From: Rotaria socialis
Taxonomy: Eukaryota
Assembly (NCBI GenBank): GCA_905331295.1
Contig: CAJNYD010000062.1
Span: 558,001-594,208, forward strand
Reading direction: 5' to 3'
Length of the DNA stretch: 36,208 nucleotides
The position numbers and the translations under genes were made by a program. Under the pieces are notes generated by a model that worked only from the letters and a program-made list of their open reading frames with translations, searched no databases and was not told the DNA's origin. Shown piece after piece: positions 11,834 to 23,985 of the stretch (positions within the stretch are counted from its first letter, which is position 1; each line of letters starts with the position of its first letter).

Positions 11834-14263
11834 ATGGCTTCAAATCAATTAGCTACTGTACCGTAAGTAAAAATACCAAAAATTATTTTCTGAGAATCCT
11901 TTGTTCTTTATTTATTCATTCTAGTGATGTTAATTTAGTAAAAAATGTATCATCACCATTGGAAGAGTATGATGCGTTGGTCGTTGTTGCCTCAGAATTG
12001 GACCAAATTGCAGAATTTGTTGATAGTTCAGTTATAAAACATCTTCAAACATTTAGTCAAGTGAGAATATTTTAAAGATTTTCTTTTACAATAATTTTCT
12101 TTTGATTTCAGTTGCATAATAATTTCAATGGCGAAGTTACGGTTACTATTATTGACAATGTTCCAGGAAAACGTCTCGTATGTATAAGCAAAGAGGCACT
12201 GCATAGTTTAAGCAATAATATATTATTTAGATTTATTCACCAACAGGCCCAGTTAACCGAGATTTCGACGATGTACGTTGTTTTTCTGATGCAGCATCAG
12301 CTGGTGTTCAGAAAGCTCTATCACTTGGCGCACGATCTCCTATTATTGCATCTTTTGGTTCAAAAAAATATCGACAAGCGAACTTAGTTACATTACTTGC
12401 CGCACTTGAAGCAACCTATGTGGTAAAGATACAAGGAAATTTCTTTTTTCTATTCATCTTGACTGAAAATGTGCATTTTTAGCCATTACAAATTCGAGAA
12501 GATGTACCTGAACGTAAGACTAAAGTGGATAAATTAGGCTTCTTCATTGGTCAACCATCGCCTGATGATAGTTATTACGAAAAATTAATTAATTATGCGC
12601 GAGCAATTGAATGTGGACGTGCCGTTGGTCGAGATATTGGTGGTGGTGATCCTGAGCGTATGGCACCACCACGTGTTGCTGAATATGTTCAAGAATTGTT
12701 TAGCAGTTCGCCTCATATTAAAGTAAAACAACAACCGAACATTTATATATATATACGTATGCCAAATCTTTAATGAATGTCTATGTTTGTTGTAGGTTCG
12801 AATAATTAACGATAAAAAGCAATTTGAAAAAAGCTTTCCATTATTCGCTGCTGTTAATCGTGCTGCAAGCGGTGAGTAATCAAAACAAAATCTTATTTTT
12901 TCAAGTTCAATAACGATCGATCTTCTAATAGGTGTTGATCGTCATCAGGGTCGTTTGATCTTTCTTGAATATATTGGCGAAGGTGAAATAGATACAACGG
13001 CATTACTCGTTGGTAAAGGCGTAACCTTCGATACAGGTGGTCTTGATATCAAAGGTATATCAAATTCTTCGTTTTCTAATCAAATTCTAACATATATTTT
13101 ATTCTTCTTCTAGCTGGTGGTATTATGGTAAGTTTCAAATGTTTTTTTTTGTTTTTGTTTGTTAAAACTTGAACTCTTGATAATTCAGGCTGGCATGTCC
13201 TATGATAAATGTGGTGCTGCAAATGTTACGGGCTTTTTTAAAGTTCTTAGTGAACTTCAGCCAAAACAATTCAAAGCTGTTGGCGTTTTAGCTGTAGCAC
13301 GAAATAATTGCGGTGAAGAAGGTTATACTGCAGATGAAGTTATAACATCACGAGCTGGTGTTCGTATTCGAGTTGGAAATACTGATGCAGAAGGTAAATT
13401 ATTATTTAAAATTTAACAGAGAATTTACTATTAAGAGTTGTCGGATAATTGAATTAAGAAAAAATCTTAGATTTAATCATTCTATCTCATAATAACTGTT
13501 GGAAAAATATCCCGATTGTTTTGTGAAATTGGATTTAAAATAAACTTTAATAAAAATAGCGTCATCTTTCTGGACAACATATTCCCTAACGAAAAACCAA
13601 AATCTACTAAGATTTATTCTTTTTTTTCAATTCCAGGTCGTATGGTTATGGCTGACCCATTATGTTACATCAAAGAATTGGCATTGAATGAAGTCAATCC
13701 ACATTTATTTACTATGGCTACACTTACTGGACATGTCATTCGAGCATATGGAACAAACTATACAGTAACTTAATTTGAAACCAAAACACAAGAATAGTTC
13801 TTATTTTATTTTCACCGAATTGTAGGCAGCAGTTGATAATGGGCCAGCACGAGCGAATGAAACATCACAAAAACTTCAAGCAGCTGGTGATGAAATTGGT
13901 GATCCATTTGAGATATCAACTGTTCGACGAGAAGTTCGTTTTATTGTTTAATTATTTTTACATGTCATACAATGTTCTTCTTTTGCAATGCAGGATTTTG
14001 CGTTCATTGCTGATCATGGCGAAGTAGCTGATGTACTTCAATGTAACAATCAAGCTAGCAGTGCTACATCTCGTGGTCATCAATTTCCAGCTGCATTTCT
14101 GGCTCGAGTATCTGGCCTTGATAAACATGGCCAGAATTCTAATAAACCGTTACCTTATACACATCTTGATATTGCTGGCAGTGCAGGTGATTTACCACAT
14201 AATCCAACTGGGCGTCCAATCCCTGCGCTTTGCCAAATGTTTCTTGCTGATCGAGTTTTTTAA
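11834..14263 (+). CDS. M17 (leucyl) cytosolic aminopeptidase, invertebrate W07G4.4-like subgroup, multi-exon
   Basis: Spliced M17 motifs: GRDIGGGDPERMAPP, LVGKGVTFDTGGLDIK|AGGIM|AGMSYDKCGAA, NTDAEG|RMVMAD, ATLTGH, HLDIAGS. Begins MASNQLATVP at 11834; ends LADRVF* at 14263. Confidence 0.93.
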
Positions 14264-15858
14264 TTTAAAATTTTTTTTTTCTAATTGATTCTAACCAAAT
14301 ACAAATTTAACGTATATGATAATTATCTGATACCTGACTAGTAAAAACATTGAATGGAGACAATGAATTATCCTATGAAATTTCATTAATGATTGCAATG
14401 GTATTTATTTTGCTCACAGTGCTGATTCTTTATGAGATGAAAATAATGTGATAGGTTCTTTCATCAGATGAAATTTTTCGTTGCCTTAACTTGTCTTATT
14501 GTATCCGAATTTGTATTTAGTGTCAGAATAAGTATTAAAAACAAAAATGCAATAGACAAAAAATTATTTATGTATTTACCGAAGGATCATAAATTTTTTC
14601 TATAGAATACGATAAGAAGAAAGATATTCTAAAGTATCATTGAAAGAACTTCATGTGACAATTTTATCGATATCATGAGATGGACTATGTTAAACATTTA
14701 TTTGATACTTCCACGTGATTGAGTTTACTTAATATAATTGAATAGTGCGAAAGTTACATATTATTTTCGAAAAACTTTTATTACTTTATGTTACGTTTAT
14801 TTTCCGGCTAAAATGAATAGAACTCATTCAAGTTGTAAAAGAATATATACGCATATTATCTTCAAATTAGCGTGTTTATGAATCTTAAACATCATCTCGA
14901 AATTTTTGAGTATTTCGTTTTGATTTTTGAATTACAATTTCGATCTACTCACTAAATTCCGTGCAGCAGTACTACTATGAAAGAAATCAGCGTCCAGTCG
15001 ACGATGACAATATGGATTTATGTAAAACTCCGTTTGGTTTGTCGGACAACACAATACGGATCGAAATATAGAATTTGATCCAATTGAGATATCTTTCGAG
15101 GCATCCTCAGAAGTATCTATGCTAATTTTACTCCTGAGTATCTTTTATTCAAATTTCCAAAAAAACATTCTATCATATTCTATTCACGTATGTGTAAACA
15201 GACACACAAGTCGAGCTTTTTTTATCATACGGCTCAATGGTGTACACGATAAATGAATAACAGTATGCGCGCATCTGTGCTCGAATCTAGTTCCGAACGT
15301 AGATGTCTCATGGGCGATGATCTGTATAATTTCACTTAAATGTTTAAATTAACGATAAAATTTTCGTGTTTTTATTTTCTACATGCTGTATTAAGTTACC
15401 ATCATTACATTGAGACTTGTGTCAAGTGAGATTTGAATCTATCAAATACGTATTTCTACGAAAATAATTTTCTAGTTGAATATTGATTTTAGTAAAAATA
15501 TTAGACTATAAACAAAATTGCATATATCTTTCTTTTTTAACTCACAAAAGTATTCTGATGTGCACACAGTAGATTATCGTCTTGAAGTTTTACATCATCT
15601 CGTTCATACATAATTAAGAAACTTCACAAAAACTATTCTTTACAACAGAATTTTATTTATTCTTCATAATTTAGAACCAATACTAATTAATGCTTATATT
15701 TATGGAGTAAAGAAAAAAAATCTATTCTTACTCTTTGTAGAATGACTATGAAAATTTATTTAGTTATGATCAAAAAAAGAAGATCGACTCATATTCTATT
15801 GAAAGAAAACGGAATTTCGTGAGAGATTTTTTTTCTTCCATGATCACCTTTTATTCTA

Positions 15859-16573
15859 CTTAGGTCAGTCCAAAAGTAGTTGCGGAGGTATATCAATTTC
15901 TTATAGAAAGTTCTGATGAAGTTTTTTCTCTCTACAGTCTGATAGAGAAAAGAAAGCTCTATTTTTCTATGCTATATGATGGTACTGTAGCTAATATGAT
16001 GATAATCATTTTTTCATAAGACGTTTTTCGTTTACATAGTTCCGGGTTGTAAGTTGTACATCGCAGTTTTCATTTCCTTGTTAGTTGTATTAACAACCAA
16101 AATATGTCATAATATGCAGCGTGAAAAGCTCTACCATCTGCACAGTAAAGTTTATTGAAACTGTTTTGAAAGAAAGGAAAATTCTATACAATCAGTTTTT
16201 ACAACGACCAAAGTTCGATCACTCAAAACCGTGCCCATGTTGAAAAGAAAAAGTGCAGCTAGAAAAGAAGTGGTCTTATAGAAATTGTAGAGCTTTTCAC
16301 GCTGCATGTTATGGCATGTTTTGGTTGTTAGTATAATGTATTAGTGGACTAAAAAGACTAAACGGTCTGACTCATTGTGAGATACTACAACAAGCAGACA
16401 TGTTAAAGAAAAACATCTTATGAAAAATTTATGATCATCATATTAGTTAAAGTACCATCAAATAGCATAGAAAAATAGAGCTTTCTTTTCTCTATCAGAC
16501 TATAGAGGAAACTCCTCAGAATTCTCTATAAGAAATTGATTTACCACCGCAAGTACTTTTGGACTGACCTATG
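15859..16573. mobile_element. Mariner-derived MITE (about 715 bp) with long TIRs and TA target-site duplication
   Basis: Left end ta|cttaggtcagtccaaaagtagttgcgg; right end ccgcaagtacttttggactgacctatg|ta. The inverted homology extends about 170 bp. A second internal inverted pair lies at about 16085-16135 and 16285-16335. The TIR resembles the mariner TTAGGTTGGTGCAAAAGTAATTGCGG. No transposase ORF. Confidence 0.88.
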
Positions 16574-17669
16574 TATTTCTTACGAATTCTTCAGGATACA
16601 CAGGAAAAGAAAGATAGATAAGAATATTTTCTTGAAAGGCCCGTGTTATAGTGTTATCAGACTAGTAAAAAAATGTGTTAAGTAACATTTTTATACTGTT
16701 TGCATTTCACCATAGACTGATGCTTATGGTTAATTTTTTTAGAGAATTAAGTAAACGTGTTGACACGTCCGAGAAATGCCGTATATTGAAACTTTGGCTA
16801 GTTTACTTCAGTTGTTGTCCGAGATATGTAACATTCATAAAAATCTGATCGTAGTCCAGCATCCAGTTGAACATACCTCGAGGGGGTGACAGACTGTACA
16901 TCAACACTGTTACTAATATAAAATTCAATTTTCTTCTTCTTGTCATGATTGTATGAACTTCTAATCTGATTTGAAATTTTAATCGAGACCATATTACATC
17001 TGTTCCTTTGGGCGTGATTATATTATAATTATAATTGAAAAATCCTATATTTTCCTTTTATGTCGAAAATGCTTATGAGACTTCAACTTTATTATTTTTT
17101 TTCCAACTTAAAATAGATAAACTCTTCAAGATGTAACAGACACTGCCCTAAATCCTCTTAGTTCAAAAATTCACTATAGAATTTCTATGAAGTTGGACAA
17201 CTAATTCTATTGTCTGTATTAAATTTACCAAAAATATCACCGACACTATGCTTCATCTTGAAAATTATAAGTTTCTTTTTGTTTTGCGTGACCCAATCTA
17301 TGTACATCATCAATATACAGGAAAAATCAATACATTTATTTCCTTACTGTTAGTCTACCCTTAACATGCGAGTGGGTACACAATTCGTAGTCATCAATTT
17401 TCATCTAATTTTGCTAATACCGACTTGATCTCCTTGTATATACGTCTCATTATGTAGAACATATATTGCACGATATATTCTCTCAATGATATGAAACTCG
17501 TACTACGTTACCTCTCATCAACGACAGCCAATGCGTTATTCATGGAATCAAAGAAGCTCACAAAGGATTAATTACAGACTGAAGAATTTGCGCATACCAT
17601 TTTCTTTTCATAAAAACAAATAGATTCGTCTGCTCCATCGTTAGAACGTACCATTTTTAAATTTCAGAT

Positions 17670-18605
17670 ATGCTCACCAACGTATTTTTTACTCTCATCT
17701 TCTCTTTTTCCATTGCAGCTTCAATTGTCGGTTTACTCTTTTGTTCTATAATTTTCTTCGTTATTATTAGTTATCATCCATGCCATACTGCTACTAATCT
17801 TCTTCTGTTGAATACGTGTGTTGCAATTATAATCTTTTATATCAGTACCATTATCGGATCTGTACTTGGCTTCGATGAAGATTGGACACTCAATCAACCA
17901 GCTGGTATCTTTAATGCTTACTGCTTTCTAGCATCTTGTAGCTTAATTTGCTGTTCCTATATGTTACAGGCGATTAATCGTCTCTGTTGCACTGTATTTT
18001 TCAAACATAAGCATTTAGTCACTATTCAAGTTACTTGGTATTTGATTGCTTTGTACTGGAGCATCGGTCTTCTATTTGCTATTGAACCATTATTTTTCAA
18101 GAATGGTTTTATCTACGAAAGAGAGTCACGTCTTTGTGTTCGTAATGCAAAAGTGGTGTCTATATCGATATTTAGCACTTTCGTCGGCTTTGGCATCCCT
18201 CTGAATTTATCTATTTTGATCTAAGCTACGATTTGGTATCGTGTCCTTCAATCATCACGCCGCGTTGGATCTGTAATTGCAGAGAACGCAAATTATAATA
18301 TGCCCAAGGCTAGATGTCAAATGAAGTTAGTTAGAAATATGATTATTGTGATAGGCAGTTTTGTTGGTGGAGATTCACTAGCCTTGGTTCTTGTTCTTTG
18401 GCATGCTATTAAGATCAATCGTCCACTGCCAGAGCCATTGTATTTGATATCTAAACCTGACATAACAGTTTGTGTGATTCTGATGATTATCACACTGTTT
18501 TTTATGAACACACAGGTGAAGAATGCTGCTTTCGTGTATCTAAAATGCAGCATTCGACATATTTATCCAGTAATCATTACTATGAAAGGCATTGCCAGTT
18601 GCTAG
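17670..18605 (+). pseudogene. Intronless rhodopsin-like 7TM GPCR interrupted by one in-frame TAA (18222-18224)
   Basis: ORFs 17670-18224 and 18300-18605 are in the same frame, and the linker is open (ILI*ATIWYRVLQSSRRV). Hydrophobic TM pattern, TNLLLLN in TM2, QAINRL at the DRY position, and ECL2 Cys (ESRLC). Confidence 0.8.
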
Positions 18606-20022
18606 AAAATAACTAATTTCCCAACCTTAAAATTATATCTTCGATCCGTGTACGTTCGACAATCTGTAATATACATAAAACTATGCACATTGAATTCAAA
18701 CACAAAGTACAGCCTTATCGGTTGGAATGATTTTCAAACAGCCTATCGAGAATACCTTCAAGAAAAATCTATAGTTTTATTGGATATAATGATTTATTAC
18801 AAGAGCTATTATTAAATGAAATGAATCAACCAAAAGAAACATTGCTCTTCGAATAGTAATGATCGATTCTTTATTCCATCTCCTTCTCTTCGCAAATCAA
18901 CTAGGGCGACGGCGTGGATGTGTGTACACATTTAACAATTATTACTGTGACTTCATCAGTGATAGAAGATTCATCAGTTATCTCCGTTTTTTAATTTTAT
19001 AATTACAGTGGATTTATTTTCGTAATCTTCTTTGCTCAAAATCGAAATAGGGGCATGTGGAACAACAACAAGAAGGATTTTAATTTTTATAGAATTTTAT
19101 TAAGGCGAAAGGCGTTGTGATGTAAGTTAGTGTTAGATGAGGTTACAAGTATCTTTGATCGCTAAAACAACGACTATTCCAAATGGAAAATGGTGTTCGA
19201 GTTATCAGTGCTTTAAGTATCTCCGTTACAAGAATGCTTCCATTAAGAAATGTATCACATGACTATCTCTATCTTCTTCTACCTACTAGCTGGTTAGGTT
19301 CACTGAATCCGTAGTCTTCCATTCAGACTTTCCCACCAAGAGCAAAACAAGTAAAGTCCGAAGATTTTATATGATCCCATAAATATTTATGGAAAGCATG
19401 AGATCATGTTATGATAGAAACGAAAGATCTTCGCCTATGTCAGCTAACATGATTGTATCTATCAGCATAATCGATCATAGCTACGAATGAAGGGATATTT
19501 AGGACCTCTTGAAAGTATATGGTATGTAATGGTTGTCCTGTGAGACAGTCTTTATTTAATAATATATGCACAATTACATCGATAAATAAAATCATTCATA
19601 TTGTTGTTGAACTGATACCGGCCATAGAGACTGGCGGATATAATGAGTGGCATATTCATCTTAGAAGTTTACTATGTATTTTAGTCAAGGGAGAAAAGTG
19701 CACGTCTGTATTCTAGAAATACTTAGAAATAAACAGAAATATTCTTTTTCTCCTTTGAAATTATTCTAAAATGTCTATTTTTCCGATTGAAATATATTGC
19801 AAATATAACTGTACAATATTTCTTCTCTGATTTTAATTGCATCTAGAAATAACTTTTCCATATACTATACAGAAATTCTCACGAAATTATTCAATTATAT
19901 CGAATTATTTTTATTTTAACAATTAATAATTATTTTGCACGTACTATAATTACATGATTCAATGCAAGACTTTCTATTATCTCTCTATTCTATATCAATA
20001 CTGTTCCATGACAGTAATGTCT

Positions 20023-21573
20023 TTAAAAACGATATATTATCGAAAATTCTCCTTCTAATCCTTCACCTTGAGTCGTATTTGTATTTATAATTGTATCCGA
20101 TGTTGCTACTGTTGTTTCGGCTAAACTTGATTGTTTTTTCTCTTCAATTGGCGTTTGTGGTGGTGATACACGACAGAATAAAAGTGCTACAAGAATGCCT
20201 GCACCACTGAGTCCTATTCCAACATATAATCCACCTCGGTAACCTTCTAGTGCAGTTTTGCCGTTTTTTAATAATTCACTTTCAACTGTTCCTGCTATAC
20301 CCAAACCGAGAGAAATGGACCAATTAATAACTGTACTGAGCATACTGGCTGCTACACCTTGTTGATTTATTGGCATTGCGTTACTGACAATAAGTGATGC
20401 AGCAGGAAAACTGACATCCATTGCAAAGGGAGCTACTAGTGTAGATACAAATACTTGACCCCAATATGTTTGATCAACTGGTGTTGTTGCTATTAGAGTA
20501 TTACTAATACAAAAGAAAACCATCGCTGCCATGAGAAGAAAATGAGCTGGTAAACGACCATATATTTGAGATACAGAAAGTGTCGCTACAAGACCAGATA
20601 TGGTGACAGGTGACATCATAGCTGTTGTTAACAATGCTGATGCACCACAAATTCTTTGTAGAAATTGAACAATATAATAAATAAATACCCCAAAGCTTGA
20701 CCAACCCAAAGCCATACATATAAGAACACCTGGAAAACCCTTCACTGCCCAAATGGATAATGGCATAATTGGTTGTTCTGTTTTCATTTCAACAAAGATA
20801 AATAAACCTATTAACAAAATACTGACAATTAATAAAACATATACATAGGGTTTATCCCATCCAGTAACCGGTCCTTCATTCCAACAGTATATAAACATAA
20901 TAAGACCGGATAGTCCAACAGCTGAACCCGGTATATCAATTTTACCTGTTGGGTGAACAGCTAACGATACGTCCTGAGGAACAACAAAATAAGCCAAAAT
21001 AGCAAGAAATGCACAAAAAATAGCTAATATCCATTGTCCCCAGGGCCACCAAGAAAATTGTGCAAATAAACTTCCAAACAAAGCACCTAGAATAAAGCCA
21101 GTTGGTGCTGTCGCTCCAAACATGGAAAAGACGAATGATTTTCTTCTTCCAGTCGGATATGTTCGGGCAAGTAATGCAATTGCATTAGGTAATAGTGCAG
21201 CTGGGCCTATTCCTTGAAATGCTCGCATCATATCAAAATAGATACCATTCTTTACATAAGCAGACATTCCAACCAAAAGACTAAAAATAGAGAATATCAA
21301 ATATCCCGCTATTAGGAGTAATCGATGTCCGAAAACATCTCCCAAACGTCCTGTCACCATTATGAAAATGCCAACAGTTAAAGAGTAGGCAGCTAACGTC
21401 CACGGTAATTTGGGGGTATCTTCGATACCAATAGCCGGACCAATTATAGCAAGTGGAACGAGTATATTTCCCAATGCTGCTTGTGTAAGTAATTGAGCAC
21501 AAGAAAGTACACTCACGTAAAGTATTTCATGAGCTAAATTACGAAAACAAGACGGACGCTCGTCAAAGTGCAT
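20023..21573 (-). CDS. MFS drug:H+ antiporter (DHA2, 14-TMS), fungal ATR1/aminotriazole-resistance type; intronless
   Basis: 516-aa ORF with motif A GRLGDVFGHR, RAFQGIGPAALLPNA, and FGATAPTGF. The segments ERP.CF...HEI..V.V...AQLLTQ and MD.SFPAA..I.SN......QGVAAS..STV.NWSISLGLG are characteristic of fungal Atr1-like proteins. TATA-like site about 80 nt upstream. Confidence 0.9.
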   Translation of the reverse strand: MHFDERPSCFRNLAHEILYVSVLSCAQLLTQAALGNILVPLAIIGPAIGIEDTPKLPWTLAAYSLTVGIFIMVTGRLGDVFGHRLLLIAGYLIFSIFSLLVGMSAYVKNGIYFDMMRAFQGIGPAALLPNAIALLARTYPTGRRKSFVFSMFGATAPTGFILGALFGSLFAQFSWWPWGQWILAIFCAFLAILAYFVVPQDVSLAVHPTGKIDIPGSAVGLSGLIMFIYCWNEGPVTGWDKPYVYVLLIVSILLIGLFIFVEMKTEQPIMPLSIWAVKGFPGVLICMALGWSSFGVFIYYIVQFLQRICGASALLTTAMMSPVTISGLVATLSVSQIYGRLPAHFLLMAAMVFFCISNTLIATTPVDQTYWGQVFVSTLVAPFAMDVSFPAASLIVSNAMPINQQGVAASMLSTVINWSISLGLGIAGTVESELLKNGKTALEGYRGGLYVGIGLSGAGILVALLFCRVSPPQTPIEEKKQSSLAETTVATSDTIINTNTTQGEGLEGEFSIIYRF

Positions 21574-22557
21574 TTTTATACTGTGTTCTTCTCTTGAGCG
21601 TATAGGTGATTTTATGATATACTTTACAGTGATCAGCTGTTTGTAAACATTTGCTTATATAGCCTTCACCTCTATCGGTTTAATATGCACTGCAATGCCC
21701 TCTAGGAGTACAGATAACTGATGTACTTTATTTGTATGACCATGATTTTTTTTTAACATCAAAACAAAATTATGCATCGTCATCGTCAATACTAAACAGA
21801 AAAATAACCTCTACTCATGATTCTTTAGTATTCAGATAAAATATCTATTTTACCAGTAAATCTCTTCTCGCATTTGATCATTGAGAAATCGATTCGTTGA
21901 TACTTTATTCTAAAACGAATTTGTTTTCTCTTGACTAGTCTGAGAATCATTTTGATGGAATTTATAGGTCTGATTCGTATATCTATCACACACATTTGTT
22001 CTCTCTCTTTATTTTTATAAGCAGCGCTTGATGCTTCATTGCCACGTTTTTTTCTTTCTTCTTCTTTTAGACTACGCGAAAAAATAATATTACTGATCAA
22101 AATTGATTTATTACTAGTTTTTGTTAGATTATTTATTATTATTATATGAATTATAAAAATAAAAGCAATAAATACAATGAAATTAATTTTATGAGACATC
22201 ATTATGTGGGTTTTTGTATTTCGATAATGTTGAAATTATTCGTTTTTTTTTCTATCACATTATAATATTTAACACAAAAACAGCGCGTACGCATAGCTAA
22301 TCGAAATCAAAACAAAATCAAGTAAACAAATGCAGGTGAAGTTTATTTTTGTTCTATTTTATTGTTGTACGTAATACTCTAATAAATCCAACCAATCTCC
22401 ACATAAAGACTCTGCAATCATTTCTGATCTGACTATAACAGTAATAAAACTCGACCCAAGTGTCAAATAGTGTGGTGTATATATTATAAATATACTTTAT
22501 GACGATTGCATAAGCTGTAGCCATCCATGTGAATTTATTTTAACCTAAAACCGCGTC

Positions 22558-23767
22558 CCCAGTGAAACAAGCGAAGAGTTTAGACGCAATTTATTTTAGG
22601 AACGTGTTTGGGTGTGTTCGTAATTTGACTTCCGTTCAAACTGTTTTTTTTAACAAAAACACGTCTAAATGCGTTTCATATAAAATATAAAACTTTGGCA
22701 AAATATATCAGAATCTATCTTAGATTCTCAAATTCGCACTGCGTCCGCATTCTCAAGATTTAGTGATGCACTTAGACTAACCTGACAGTCGGATCGAATT
22801 TTACCTTACGCGATGACGATTATATTTGAACAAATGAATCAGTAATCAGAAGTCGTTCACATACATCACTTTGCTATATAGCTCGAAGTTTTTTCTCGTT
22901 CAAAATAAAATATATATGAATGAAAATTTCCTCGCTTAAATACTTTATTTCAATAACATGTCCGTGTCGCTCATTTTTTATCAANAATTATGTTTTTACT
23001 AAAATGATATCCTTTTTTATCGTCTACTATAAATGTGATTAACGTTATAAAAAAATATTTAATCGCATTGGTAACATGATAAATAATTTTATCAAAGGAT
23101 TTAATGAATAAATAATTATTCATACAATTTACTTTGTAGAAGTATATGATAAAAGTTGTTAATCATATAATTTAAACAGTAATATTGTTCAGTCAGCTAA
23201 AAGGGCATTGGATAACTGATAACTATTGCGATTTGTCTCATTAATATTCGTAGAAACTCTAGGAAAATATGGAATATATGCTTTACACTTAATTAAATTT
23301 GTGCCTATTTTAACATCATCTGAACATTCTTTATTAAAAAGTCTGACGAAGTTTAGATAAATAAAATATATGTAAACCGATGATTTTGATCATGCAGTTA
23401 AGTCTTCTAGAGATTTTATTTTTGGAGCGAAATCCCGTCTGATAAGTAAGAAATGAACGCGTGCAAGCGTGATCGGAAATATGACAGCGTTCAAACGCGA
23501 CTGAAAACATATCTGAGATCGATTTGAATGCAGTTAATAGATAAAATGCATTCAAACGCGGTAATTATTTTTTGGATAGGCGTTGAGACGCGGTTCACTT
23601 GTTCTCTAATTGCGTTTAAACGTGCTGTATAGAAAAACTGCGCCCGAACGCATTTCATATCAAATCGCGTTTGAATGCGCCGTAAAACGTTTTTAACTGA
23701 ATCTTAACTCGTTTTATGGCTAGATTGCGTTTCAACGCATCAACTTTGTGTTTCGTGTTTACATGGG
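22558..23767. mobile_element. Possible degenerate non-autonomous DNA transposon (CMC/EnSpm-like ends)
   Basis: Left end CCCAGTGAAACA; right end reverse complement CCCATGTAAACA. Dense AAACGC/GCGTTT subterminal motifs at 22580-22680 and 23450-23745 surround an AT-rich core. No TSD identified. Confidence 0.45.
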
Positions 23768-23985
23768 CAAGACAGGTCGTCTTTTTTCTTTCAGTTTTTA
23801 ATTAAGAATTTAACGTATGCTCATGCGTAACGTGTAATATAGCTACACATACATGGGTTGACGTTAGTGCATATAATATAAATTATGTATACATTTGCTT
23901 TTCATTCTTTGAAGTGAGTACACAAGTGAATAAATACTTTAATGTTGTAACTTTTTGACGCATCTCTCTTCTTTCATTAGACAGA

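Noticed and set aside
21825..22202. 125-aa minus-strand ORF
   Set aside because: Low-complexity Ile/Lys/Asn composition from AT-rich DNA, with no recognisable motif.
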